Assembly: GCA_013027745.1 (NCBI GenBank)
Contig: GCA_013027745.1_4329.1
DNA from: a phage
Direction: 5' to 3' (one strand)
Length of the DNA: 41,168 nt
The first letter of the stretch is position 1. Every line of letters begins with the position of its first letter. The position numbers and the translations under genes were made by a program. The notes below the pieces were generated by a model. That model had not been told where the DNA came from. It did no database searches and worked only from the letters and a program-made list of their open reading frames with translations. This document shows, one piece after another, positions 33,074 through 41,168 of this stretch.

Positions 33074-34344
33074 TTTTAAAGGAACGCGGTGGCAATAATG
33101 ATGTGCACGCCTTACTGTCACCGTCTGGTGCTAAAAAGTGGCTAAGCTGCGCCGCATCACTGGCCTGTGAAAAAGATATTCCTAACACGTCCGGTAAATC
33201 CGCCGTTACAGGAACTGCATGTCACACCATAGCCGAGGTACATCTCAACGCCTATATCCGCGGCACTGCGCTGCCGTTAGAGCGTGAAGTTGGCGCTTAC
33301 GTGCTGGATGAAGGCAAAGGCCAGATTAAGGCACTAATTAGCCCAATGAAAGGCGCGGTACTTATTACGGCGGACATGATTGAGCAGGTGCGCAAGTACA
33401 CCGACTACTGCAAACCAATTATCGATGTAGCGACTTACGCCAAGCTGGAAATGCGCGTCAATCTTACTGAGGTATTGCACCCGGGTTACGAAGGCGTTGA
33501 GACGTTCGGGACCGCTGACCTTGTTGCCGTACAGGAACTGGCGAACACCGACGAGCACATGTTAATTATCGGTGACCTGAAAACAGGGCGACATCGTGTT
33601 GAAGCAAAAGAAAACAAGCAGCTTATGCTTTACGCTCTCGGTGTTTATCGCCGACTCAAGAGACGTTACAACATCACAGTTGTGCGTCTGGTTATCTTCC
33701 AGCCGTATGCTGGAGGTGCGTCGGAGTGGGACATCTCGGTTGAAGGTCTGGAACTGTTCGCTAAGTTCGCACAGAAACGTGCGCTGTTAGCGCTTGATGC
33801 TTATTTCCGTGGCAAGAAGAATCTGAAAGCATCTGACTTCAGGCCGTCGGTAGATGGTTGTCAGTGGTGTCGGTTCGCTGAACAATGCGCTGCGCGTACA
33901 AAAACCGTTAACTCGGTACTGGCGGAAGAACTGGAAGACGACTTTGCGCTGGAACTGACGCCTGAGCAACTCGTAGCTGAGTATGAGAAGTTGCCGTTGC
34001 TGCGACAGCACATTGATAAGGTCGAGAAAGCTATGGCTGCCGCGTTGCATTCCGGTAAGAAAGTGCCGGGGTACAAGTTGGTAGAAGGACGCCCAGGCAA
34101 TCGTGCGTGGAAAGATGAAGACGCAGTAAATAAATTCAGAGAAAACCATGTAAACGGCTACTTATTAGATAAACTAGTGCCAGTTACCCCAACAGAAGCA
34201 GAAAAAACCATAGGTAAAATTGACCCAGAACTGTGGGAAGAATTGGCTAAACTCGTGACCCGTAAGCCAGGCGCGCCATGCGTTGCAACAGCAGACGACA
34301 AACGTCCTGAGTGGAATCAGGTAACAGAGGAGGATTTAGAATGA
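33070..34344 (+). CDS. Cas4/RecB-like PD-(D/E)xK exonuclease (DUF2800-like)
   Basis: N-terminal Cys, IGDLKTGRHRV (D-x-K), C-terminal CQWCRFAEQC cluster; likely start MILKERGG at 33070; ends in VTEEDLE. Confidence 0.65.
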   Translation: MILKERGGNNDVHALLSPSGAKKWLSCAASLACEKDIPNTSGKSAVTGTACHTIAEVHLNAYIRGTALPLEREVGAYVLDEGKGQIKALISPMKGAVLITADMIEQVRKYTDYCKPIIDVATYAKLEMRVNLTEVLHPGYEGVETFGTADLVAVQELANTDEHMLIIGDLKTGRHRVEAKENKQLMLYALGVYRRLKRRYNITVVRLVIFQPYAGGASEWDISVEGLELFAKFAQKRALLALDAYFRGKKNLKASDFRPSVDGCQWCRFAEQCAARTKTVNSVLAEELEDDFALELTPEQLVAEYEKLPLLRQHIDKVEKAMAAALHSGKKVPGYKLVEGRPGNRAWKDEDAVNKFRENHVNGYLLDKLVPVTPTEAEKTIGKIDPELWEELAKLVTRKPGAPCVATADDKRPEWNQVTEEDLE

Positions 34345-34592
34345 TTCGTAAAATGTTCAGGGCGCTTGGTGGGCTTATAGCGTGTATTGTTTTCTGGGTT
34401 CTTATGCTGCCGCTAACGCTACCAACATTTATCTTAATGTGTATTACAGTATGTATCGCACAAACTCGCGACATCGAAGCCATCCTGAGCGATAAATCGT
34501 GGAAGACACAGGCGCTTCGATTCATAAACAACATGAAATGGCCAAGCAAGTATATTGAGATAGTTGAGAAAATAACTGGCTGGAAGGGTTGA
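34341..34592 (+). CDS. small membrane protein
   Basis: 83 aa, two hydrophobic segments; ATG overlaps the nuclease stop with GAGGAGG SD inside the nuclease 3' end. Confidence 0.5.
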   Translation: MIRKMFRALGGLIACIVFWVLMLPLTLPTFILMCITVCIAQTRDIEAILSDKSWKTQALRFINNMKWPSKYIEIVEKITGWKG

Positions 34593-34617
34593 CACCTGAA
34601 TAGTTAGCTATTATAGT
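34589..34617 (+). promoter_or_regulatory. sigma70-like promoter, class II (TTGACA-N17-TATAGT) with operator palindrome
   Basis: TTGACA 34589-34594; aatagttagctatt 34599-34612; TATAGT 34612-34617. Confidence 0.65.
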
Positions 34618-34671
34618 TCTAATCACTGGCCGGGCAGCTTCCCGGAGTAAACTGAAAAGCGAGAAATCACG

Positions 34672-35298
34672 ATGGGTATTAAACTGAATCTGCGTAAAGT
34701 AAACACTGCATGGGTTAACGTATTCGAACGCGAAAAAGACCGTGAAAACGATGATGGCTCAATTACTAAAGGCCAGTACAGCGCGACTATCATCCTGCCG
34801 TCTGACCATGCTCAAATCGATGCACTCTACGACACTGTTTATGCTGTAGTTGAAGAAGCATTAGGTGCAGCAGCCGCCGAGAAGTGGATGAAGTCCAACT
34901 ACGGCGAAGGCAAGCACATGGATAAATGCGCGATTAAAGACATTGCCGAGCGCGACAATCCGTTTGAAGACTTCCCGGAAGGCTTCTACTTCAAAGCGAA
35001 AGCACAGAAACAGCCGCTGATTGTAACCTCTAAAAAAGGTGAGACTCAGGTAGAGCAGGACTTCAACGTAGACGGCGAACAGATTGAAGGCGAACAGGTT
35101 TACAGCGGCTGCGTAGCTAACGTAAGCGTCGAAATCTGGTTCAGCCAGAAATACAAAGTTCTCGGTGTTAACCTGCTGGCAATTAAATACGTCGGCGAAG
35201 GTAAAGCGTTTGGTGGTTCTAAAGTCGCCGCAAGCGTCAATGACCTGGAAGACGATGAAGAAGATGTAGCACCGCGCCGTGAACGTCGCCGCCGCTAA
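34672..35298 (+). CDS. DUF2815-like protein, possible ssDNA-binding protein
   Basis: 208 aa, acidic/basic C-terminal tail (DDEEDVAPRRERRRR); sits between the Cas4-like nuclease and the polymerase. Confidence 0.5.
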   Translation: MGIKLNLRKVNTAWVNVFEREKDRENDDGSITKGQYSATIILPSDHAQIDALYDTVYAVVEEALGAAAAEKWMKSNYGEGKHMDKCAIKDIAERDNPFEDFPEGFYFKAKAQKQPLIVTSKKGETQVEQDFNVDGEQIEGEQVYSGCVANVSVEIWFSQKYKVLGVNLLAIKYVGEGKAFGGSKVAASVNDLEDDEEDVAPRRERRRR

Positions 35299-35304
35299 TA
35301 TCTG

Positions 35305-35340
35305 AATCAATTTAACTAAGGCCCTTCATTGGGTCTTTTT
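35305..35340 (+). terminator. possible rho-independent terminator / attenuator before the polymerase gene
   Basis: Imperfect aggccc-ttcatt-gggtct hairpin followed by tttttact; coordinates approximate. Confidence 0.35.
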
Positions 35341-35357
35341 ACTAAGGGTCAAAAATA

Positions 35358-37631
35358 ATGAGTTACCTGTTCTTAGACTTTGAAACATTCTCCGAAGCCG
35401 ATTTAAAGAAAGTCGGTTCCTACGCTTACGCCGAACACCCAACTACCGAAGTACTTATCTGTACATACGCTTTTGACGACGAGCCTGTGCGGGTATGGGA
35501 TTGCACCGACGGCAGCGACATGCCGGGGGATTTGCATCGCGCGTTACGCCGTCTGGTTAAGCCGAACAGCCGTATTAAGATGGTATGGCACAACGGCTCA
35601 ATGTTCGACAGGCTCATCATGAAACACTGCTGGGGCTTTGACATTCCTGTAAGCAACACCATTGATACGATGATTTGGGCGTTTCGACACGCGCTTCCGG
35701 GTTCGCTCGAAGCATTGTGTGAAGTGCTGAGCGTATCCGCGGACAACGCGAAAGATAAACGCGGTAAGGCGCTGATTAAGCGTTTCTCTAAACCGACGCC
35801 GAAGAACTACAAAATCCGCCGCTACACCGCCGAAACACACCCGGACGAGTGGGCGCTGTTCATCAAGTACGCCGTGAGCGACATCACTGCGATGCGTGAA
35901 GTCTTCCATAAGCTGCCGCGGTGGGGTAACTCTGAGTTTGAGGACCGTGTACTGGAGCTGGACCAGTTAATCAATGACCGAGGCTTCTTTGTTGATACGG
36001 CTCTTGCCGAGGCAGCGGTAGCGGCAGTTGAACGCCACAAGCAAGAGCTGAAAAACGAGGCCCGCGCGAAATTCGGGGGGAAACTAACGGGCAAAGACTT
36101 CCTGCCAATCCTTCGGGAACTGGCACCGGCTTACAATATCTATAATGCGCAAAAAGCAACGCTCGAAGGTTTGCTAGAGGACGACGACTTACCTGATGAT
36201 GCGCGCACAATCATTGAGATGCGCCTCGGCGCAGCCTCCACGGCGTCGACAAAATACAAACCGCTCCTGCTAGGACGGTCCAAAGATGGACGCCGCCGCG
36301 GTTGCATCCAGTACGGGGGGGCAAAGCGCACTTTACGATTTGCGGGTAAAGGGTTCCAACCGCAGAACCTGTCGCGCGGGTACTATCATGACGACCCAAC
36401 TAACGAGGAAAAGAAACTTGTACGCCAGCCGTGGGAGTCTGATGAAGACTGGAACCGCAGGCTTAACCCGCTATCATTTGGCATCAATTTGCTTTTAAAG
36501 GGCCGGGCGCATCGCCGTTTCGATGTGTCTAAACTGACGGCCTCAACTGTCCGCAGTTGCATCATCCCGGAAAAAGGTAATAAGTTGCTCGTTGCCGACT
36601 ACTCAAACGTGGAAGGGCGTGGGTTAGCCTGGGCGGCGGGGGAGACGTCCGCCCTTGAGACGTTCCGTGCGGGGATTGATATTTATTGCGCCACTGCGGG
36701 CAAGATGTTTGGTATGGACCCCGTAGAACTGAAAGCCACCCGTAAAGACCTGCGACAGGTCGGGAAATGTTGCGAGCTAGGCCTCGGCTACGAGGGGGGC
36801 GTAGGGGCCTTCATGACTATGGCTAAAACTTACGGGCTGGACCTCTTTAAAATGACGGAGACAATGCGGGGAACATTCCCTGACCATATATGGGCCGCCA
36901 CTGCCCGAGGCTATGAATGGGCACGGATTCAGGAGGCTAAGCGGCCCCCAAAACCCGGTAAAAAGGATGAACGGGCCTCTTATGTGTTGCCTAAGGAAGT
37001 GTGGCGCACCTGCGATGCTATCAAGCGCATGTGGCGGGAAGCCCATCCGGAAACAGTGAAATTCTGGAACGACCTTAAGGATTCGGTAATTGCCGCAATC
37101 AGAAATCCGGGACGAGAGTTTTGGGCGGGGGCCAGAGTCCGCCTTAACGGCGACAGAGCTATTCGCATCTGGCGTACTAAAGAGAAAGATAGTCAGGGTA
37201 GATTTGTGCCGGGTTGGTGGTTGTGTGTAGAACTGCCGTCAGGGCGCGTCATGTCGTACCCCGGCATAGGTCTGAGCGTTACTAAAGAAACTGACGAGGA
37301 TGGGCGCGTAACAACTAACGTTCGCATTAAGTACCAGGGCGAAAACCAGACCACCCGCCAGTGGACAACTTTGTACACACACGGCGGAAAATTGTGTGAA
37401 AACATCATCCAGGCGTTGTGCCGTGATTTACTGGTTAACGGACTCCTGACGGTCGAGACGGCGGGCTACCCAATTGTACTCCACGTACATGACGAATGTG
37501 TTGCCGAAACGCCAGACACGCCAGAGTACACGGTTAAAGAGATGGGTGACCTGCTATGCTCATTACCCGAATGGGCCGAAGGGTTCCCGTTAACATGGGC
37601 TGGGGAAGAGGTGTACCGTTATGCTAAGTAA
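35358..37631 (+). CDS. DNA polymerase I (family A) with 3'-5' exonuclease domain
   Basis: Exo motif LFLDFETFS near the N-terminus; polymerase motif A DYSNVEGRGLAW and motif C LHVHDECV. Confidence 0.9.
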   Translation: MSYLFLDFETFSEADLKKVGSYAYAEHPTTEVLICTYAFDDEPVRVWDCTDGSDMPGDLHRALRRLVKPNSRIKMVWHNGSMFDRLIMKHCWGFDIPVSNTIDTMIWAFRHALPGSLEALCEVLSVSADNAKDKRGKALIKRFSKPTPKNYKIRRYTAETHPDEWALFIKYAVSDITAMREVFHKLPRWGNSEFEDRVLELDQLINDRGFFVDTALAEAAVAAVERHKQELKNEARAKFGGKLTGKDFLPILRELAPAYNIYNAQKATLEGLLEDDDLPDDARTIIEMRLGAASTASTKYKPLLLGRSKDGRRRGCIQYGGAKRTLRFAGKGFQPQNLSRGYYHDDPTNEEKKLVRQPWESDEDWNRRLNPLSFGINLLLKGRAHRRFDVSKLTASTVRSCIIPEKGNKLLVADYSNVEGRGLAWAAGETSALETFRAGIDIYCATAGKMFGMDPVELKATRKDLRQVGKCCELGLGYEGGVGAFMTMAKTYGLDLFKMTETMRGTFPDHIWAATARGYEWARIQEAKRPPKPGKKDERASYVLPKEVWRTCDAIKRMWREAHPETVKFWNDLKDSVIAAIRNPGREFWAGARVRLNGDRAIRIWRTKEKDSQGRFVPGWWLCVELPSGRVMSYPGIGLSVTKETDEDGRVTTNVRIKYQGENQTTRQWTTLYTHGGKLCENIIQALCRDLLVNGLLTVETAGYPIVLHVHDECVAETPDTPEYTVKEMGDLLCSLPEWAEGFPLTWAGEEVYRYAK

Positions 37632-37752
37632 ACTGATTATCGCAGTACTGGCGGGATTTGCCGCCGGTGTCTACTGTCACGAGGGCCAATACGGCATGAT
37701 TGTAGCCGTATTAGGTATGTTCATCGCAATTTATCTGTGGGTGCTGGAATGA
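37621..37752 (+). CDS. small membrane peptide
   Basis: Hand-verified 43 aa ORF overlapping the polymerase stop; hydrophobic. Confidence 0.3.
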   Translation: MLSKLIIAVLAGFAAGVYCHEGQYGMIVAVLGMFIAIYLWVLE

Positions 37753-37838
37753 AAATCTACTGGTTCTATGAAGAAGATTGCCGAATCTGCCCGCGCTGCG
37801 GGATTGAGCATACGAAACGTGAGGGGTGTGTATTGTGA
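37749..37838 (+). CDS. small zinc-ribbon-like peptide
   Basis: 29 aa, CRICPRC...C pattern; ATGA overlap. Confidence 0.3.
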   Translation: MKIYWFYEEDCRICPRCGIEHTKREGCVL

Positions 37839-37840
37839 CA

Positions 37841-37987
37841 ATGTTTGTATTTTGGACGATAGTAACCATGTCCGCACTGCTACTCGGTGCGGGAATAGCT
37901 GCGATGTTCTGTTATGGTCTGTTATTTAAGTTTGTTGGCGTTGCCGTTCTAGGCGGGGCTTTCCTTACCTGGATTCTGCGCTCATGA
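37841..37987 (+). CDS. small membrane peptide
   Basis: 48 aa hydrophobic ORF; its TGA overlaps the VRR-NUC ATG. Confidence 0.3.
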   Translation: MFVFWTIVTMSALLLGAGIAAMFCYGLLFKFVGVAVLGGAFLTWILRS

Positions 37988-38268
37988 CCCCGGAAGGCAA
38001 GATTCAGAAATACGCAAAAGAGCGATTCGAGGCCCTGGGGGGCCTCGTACGCAAATTGTCGTACGAAAATAGAGTGGGCGCTCCTGACCTGCTGGTACTT
38101 CTCCCCGGCGGCATCGTCTGGTTCGTTGAGGTTAAGAAAGACGAAAACACGAAGCCAGACCCGCACCAGTTACGCGAGCACGAGCGGATGCGTAAACGTG
38201 GTGCAAATGTTTTTGTCGTTGGTTCGTTTAAACAGGTTGACGACCTAATAGCGAACTATTATAGTTAG
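37984..38268 (+). CDS. VRR-NUC domain nuclease
   Basis: 94 aa; GAPDLLVL...VEVKK...Q matches the PD-(D/E)xK VRR-NUC pattern. Confidence 0.7.
   Translation: MTPEGKIQKYAKERFEALGGLVRKLSYENRVGAPDLLVLLPGGIVWFVEVKKDENTKPDPHQLREHERMRKRGANVFVVGSFKQVDDLIANYYS
38237..38265 (+). promoter_or_regulatory. sigma70-like promoter, class II (TTGACG-N17-TATAGT), embedded in the VRR-NUC 3' coding end
   Basis: TTGACG 38237-38242; aatagcgaactatt 38247-38260; TATAGT 38260-38265. Confidence 0.55.
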
Positions 38269-38298
38269 TCCTACACCAACAATATAAGGAATTGAGAA

Positions 38299-38490
38299 AT
38301 GAAATACGAATATGACCGCAAACCAGCACGTGACATCGTACCGGGCGACATGATTTTCAACGTTAAGACACGTCGCCCCGTTGCCGTTGATACGGTGTTC
38401 GTCGAGTCTAACGGTAAACTGGTTATCGAGGACGTAACTGGCAACGTTACGGCGTTCGGGCGGAAGGAATTGGTGTTGGTGGTGAAATGA
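38299..38490 (+). CDS. hypothetical protein
   Basis: 63 aa ORF, SD aaggaattgag, ATGA overlap with the HNH gene. Confidence 0.45.
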   Translation: MKYEYDRKPARDIVPGDMIFNVKTRRPVAVDTVFVESNGKLVIEDVTGNVTAFGRKELVLVVK

Positions 38491-38984
38491 GTAAATTCAG
38501 TAGAAGACCCGATATTGAAGAGGCGAAACGTCTTCTTAACTATGACCCCGAAACAGGTATATTTACACGAAAAGTAAGCATAAAAGGTAGAAATGCGGGG
38601 GAGGTAGCCGGGGGGCCAAACGACAAAGGATACATAGTTATCACAGTATCTGGTGTAAGAATAAAAGCCCACCATCTGGCATGGGCTTTCGTCTACGGAG
38701 AATACCATAATGGTGAGCTTGGCCATAAAGACCGTAACAGGGCCAATAACGCCATAAATAATATAAGGCCTGCAACCAGGAGCCAGCAGATTCAGAACCG
38801 CGAATGCTCATCGTATAACACTAGCGGCGCGATAGGGGTTTACCAAATACCATCGGGCCGGTGGCGCGCCAGAATAGGCGTCAATAACAAATACATCCAC
38901 CTTGGCTATTTTGACACTATAGAAGAAGCGTCGCGCGCATACCAAAGAGCCGCGGAAATATACTTCGGGGAGTTCAAGCCATGA
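38487..38984 (+). CDS. HNH homing endonuclease with AP2 DNA-binding domain
   Basis: HNH region HHLAWAFVYGEYHNGELGHKDRNRANNAINNIR; AP2 region GVYQIPSGRWRARIGVNNKYIHLGYFDTIEEASRAYQRAA. Confidence 0.8.
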   Translation: MSKFSRRPDIEEAKRLLNYDPETGIFTRKVSIKGRNAGEVAGGPNDKGYIVITVSGVRIKAHHLAWAFVYGEYHNGELGHKDRNRANNAINNIRPATRSQQIQNRECSSYNTSGAIGVYQIPSGRWRARIGVNNKYIHLGYFDTIEEASRAYQRAAEIYFGEFKP

Positions 38985-40405
38985 GTAAGTTTAGGCGCAG
39001 GGAATACCAGAAAATAATGACGTCGTTTATGTTACAGCATCCGCGCTGCAATATCTGGTGTGGTATGGGTGGCGGTAAGACCTCATCAACGATGTGGGTG
39101 CTTAACCGCCTGTTCCGCAACGGACAACTTAATGACGACGACCGAGTGTTAATCCTCGCCCCGCTGCGCGTTGCATCCGGCACATGGCCCGCAGAACAAG
39201 AGAAATGGCGATTCCCGTGCCTGCGTGTCGTAGATGCGACAGGTTCAGAGAAACGCCGCATCGCGGCGCTGGAGTCAGATGCTAACGTGGTGTGTACCAA
39301 CTACGAAGTTATCGAGTGGCTGATTGACTACTACGGCAAAGACGACTGGCCTTTTACGGTTATCGTTGCCGATGAAAGCACGAAACTTAAATCTTTCCGT
39401 AGCCGTTCTGGTGGCAGCAAGCGCGCGAAGGCACTCAGCAAAGTGGCGTTCGGCAAGGTTAAGCGGTTCATTAACCTGACAGGTACGCCGTCGCCAAACG
39501 GCCTCAAAGACCTGTGGGGTCAGAACTGGTTTATCGACGCTGGTGAGCGCCTCGGTTCTTCCTACACAGCATTCACCGACCGCTGGTTTAACTCGGTACA
39601 GAAAGGTAAGTCGGCGATGGCGCGGGAGTACCACGCACGCCCGGGCGCGGATAATGAAATTCACCAGAAGATGAAAGACATAAGCCTCACGATTGACGCC
39701 GCTGAGTGGTTCGGGTGTGAAGCGCCGATTATTGTTCCGGTTGAAATCGACCTGCCGAAGAAGGCGCGTCAGGCGTACATCGATATGGAGGAGAAGTTAT
39801 TCGCGGAACTGGAGAGCGGAGAAGTTGAAGCGGCTAACGCGGCGGCGAAGACGTCAAAGTGTTTGCAGATTGCCTCCGGTGCCGTATATGTGTCGGGGCC
39901 AGACGGTGAGGCAACCAAAGACTGGGAGAAAGTGCACGACACGAAACTGGATGCGCTGGAGTCTATCGTTGAGGAGTTACAGGGCGCACCGTTGCTTGTG
40001 GCTTATCAGTTTAAGCATGAACTGGAGCGCATCCTTAAGCGATTCCCGCAGGCGCAGGCGTTTGCAAAAGGCGCCAAGGGTAATAAGCAGATGGAAGCGT
40101 GGAACCGCGGCGAAATCGAAATCTTATGCGTGCATCCTGCGTCGGCCGGGCATGGTTTGAATTTACAGGACGGCGGACATCATCTGGCATTCATCTCGCA
40201 AGGCTGGAACCTTGAGCACTATTTGCAGGTTGTCGAGCGTATAGGCCCGGTCCGCCAGAAACAGGCAGGCCACGAGCGCCCAGTGTTCCTCTATCATATC
40301 GTTGCCAAAGACACGCTGGATGAGGTTGTTGCCGCGCGTACGGACGAGAAGAAATCTGTACAGGAAGAGTTGCTTAATTACATGAAGAGACGAGGTAAGA
40401 AATGA
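38981..40405 (+). CDS. SNF2/DEAD-like helicase
   Basis: Walker A GMGGGKTS, DExx box VIVADESTKLK, LTGTPSPNGL motif, C-terminal helicase domain. Confidence 0.8.
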   Translation: MSKFRRREYQKIMTSFMLQHPRCNIWCGMGGGKTSSTMWVLNRLFRNGQLNDDDRVLILAPLRVASGTWPAEQEKWRFPCLRVVDATGSEKRRIAALESDANVVCTNYEVIEWLIDYYGKDDWPFTVIVADESTKLKSFRSRSGGSKRAKALSKVAFGKVKRFINLTGTPSPNGLKDLWGQNWFIDAGERLGSSYTAFTDRWFNSVQKGKSAMAREYHARPGADNEIHQKMKDISLTIDAAEWFGCEAPIIVPVEIDLPKKARQAYIDMEEKLFAELESGEVEAANAAAKTSKCLQIASGAVYVSGPDGEATKDWEKVHDTKLDALESIVEELQGAPLLVAYQFKHELERILKRFPQAQAFAKGAKGNKQMEAWNRGEIEILCVHPASAGHGLNLQDGGHHLAFISQGWNLEHYLQVVERIGPVRQKQAGHERPVFLYHIVAKDTLDEVVAARTDEKKSVQEELLNYMKRRGKK

Positions 40406-40539
40406 ACATCATAGCCCCGATTCCGGCATTGCAAAAACGTATCAAGGAACTCGAAGAGGAGGTTCTCCGACTACGTCAGCAACGTGATGCCGCTAATGCA
40501 CAACTGGCGTTTGTACTGGAGAAGTTATCAGAAGAGTAG
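40402..40539 (+). CDS. small coiled-coil protein
   Basis: Hand-verified 45 aa ORF (MNIIAPIPALQKRIKELEEEVLRLRQQ...), ATGA overlap with the helicase stop. Confidence 0.35.
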   Translation: MNIIAPIPALQKRIKELEEEVLRLRQQRDAANAQLAFVLEKLSEE

Positions 40540-40543
40540 AGAA

Positions 40544-40563
40544 AAGGCCCCAAACGGGGCCTT
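40544..40563. terminator. bidirectional rho-independent terminator (conserved cassette copy 3)
   Basis: aaggcccc-aaac-ggggcctt followed by agtttta; between convergent helicase operon and tail fiber gene. Confidence 0.7.
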
Positions 40564-40567
40564 AGTT

Positions 40568-41168
40568 TTATACGCTAACTGCGTCAGCCGTTGCCATCCC
40601 AACAACACACCAGTAGCCGTAGTTGGCATCATAGACCAGGGAAATACCACGATGTCTCCCGGCAGCGGGGTGGGTAAAACCTGCAACCCTGAACGCAGAA
40701 GACCAGTTTATAACTAAGCTATCCGACCCAGTTACATTATGGATTACCAAATCCATTCTTGCACCATCCAGTGGTGTAGTTGAGGACACAATATTAATAG
40801 GGCTACTTGTTGCGGTAACAACAGTAAGATTATCTCGGTAAGGGTCAATCGTTGCGGTGGCATTCGCAGCAAGAACATTATTACCGCGGTTTGGGTAAGG
40901 GTTTGTTGATACAGAGATTGCTGAAGTGGATATGTTAAAACAATCAGTGTATTTGTTGCGGACCCCTGCATCTGTTATTACAGCCCCTGCGCCTAACAGG
41001 GAAACACCATACACTCTGTTATCATGGGACGCGCTATTAAAATCAATACCAGCACAGGTACCGCCAAGCCACTTATTCCCAAAAGAACCTTGTACCTGGA
41101 TGCTAGGTGAGTTGTACCCTGATTTCAAACCAATAAAGTCATTAGAGTAAGTATTTGAGTGCAGTAGG
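40568..41168 (-). CDS. tail fiber / tailspike-like protein, C-terminal part (gene starts beyond the window end)
   Basis: Minus frame open to the window edge with no in-frame stop in the last 40 nt; Ser/Thr/Gly/Asn-rich sequence; track start is an internal TTG. Confidence 0.5.
   Translation of the reverse strand, partial: LLHSNTYSNDFIGLKSGYNSPSIQVQGSFGNKWLGGTCAGIDFNSASHDNRVYGVSLLGAGAVITDAGVRNKYTDCFNISTSAISVSTNPYPNRGNNVLAANATATIDPYRDNLTVVTATSSPINIVSSTTPLDGARMDLVIHNVTGSDSLVINWSSAFRVAGFTHPAAGRHRGISLVYDANYGYWCVVGMATADAVSV

Overview
This 41.2 kb window reads as a nearly complete genome segment of a tailed dsDNA phage (siphovirus-like: tape measure, major tail protein and G/T-type chaperones, no sheath) from an enterobacterial-type host (about 50% GC, sigma70-like promoters, Shine-Dalgarno sites). 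Identifications are from reading motifs by eye, not from searches. The minus strand carries, right to left: early small-gene operons with a holin/endolysin cassette (28.2-21.9 kb), terminase small and large subunits, portal, a MuF-like head morphogenesis protein interrupted by an intein, scaffold, major capsid, head-tail joining genes, major tail protein, tail chaperones, tape measure and distal tail genes. The plus strand carries a replication module (28.6-40.5 kb): AlpA-like regulator, AEP-primase/helicase, Cro/CI-like switch, Cas4-like nuclease, DUF2815-like protein, family A DNA polymerase, VRR-NUC, a free-standing HNH-AP2 homing endonuclease and an SNF2 helicase. Two plus-strand moron cassettes sit inside the structural module. 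The most unusual feature is a 250-codon ORF for an HTH plus Vsr/DUF559-like nuclease encoded antisense, codon-aligned and entirely inside the intein. Other signals are an AATAG-N4-CTATT operator palindrome at eight promoters, a duplicated ~147 bp intergenic element, and a shared VTEEDLE C-terminal tail on two replication proteins. No rRNA, tRNA, CRISPR array or integrase was seen.
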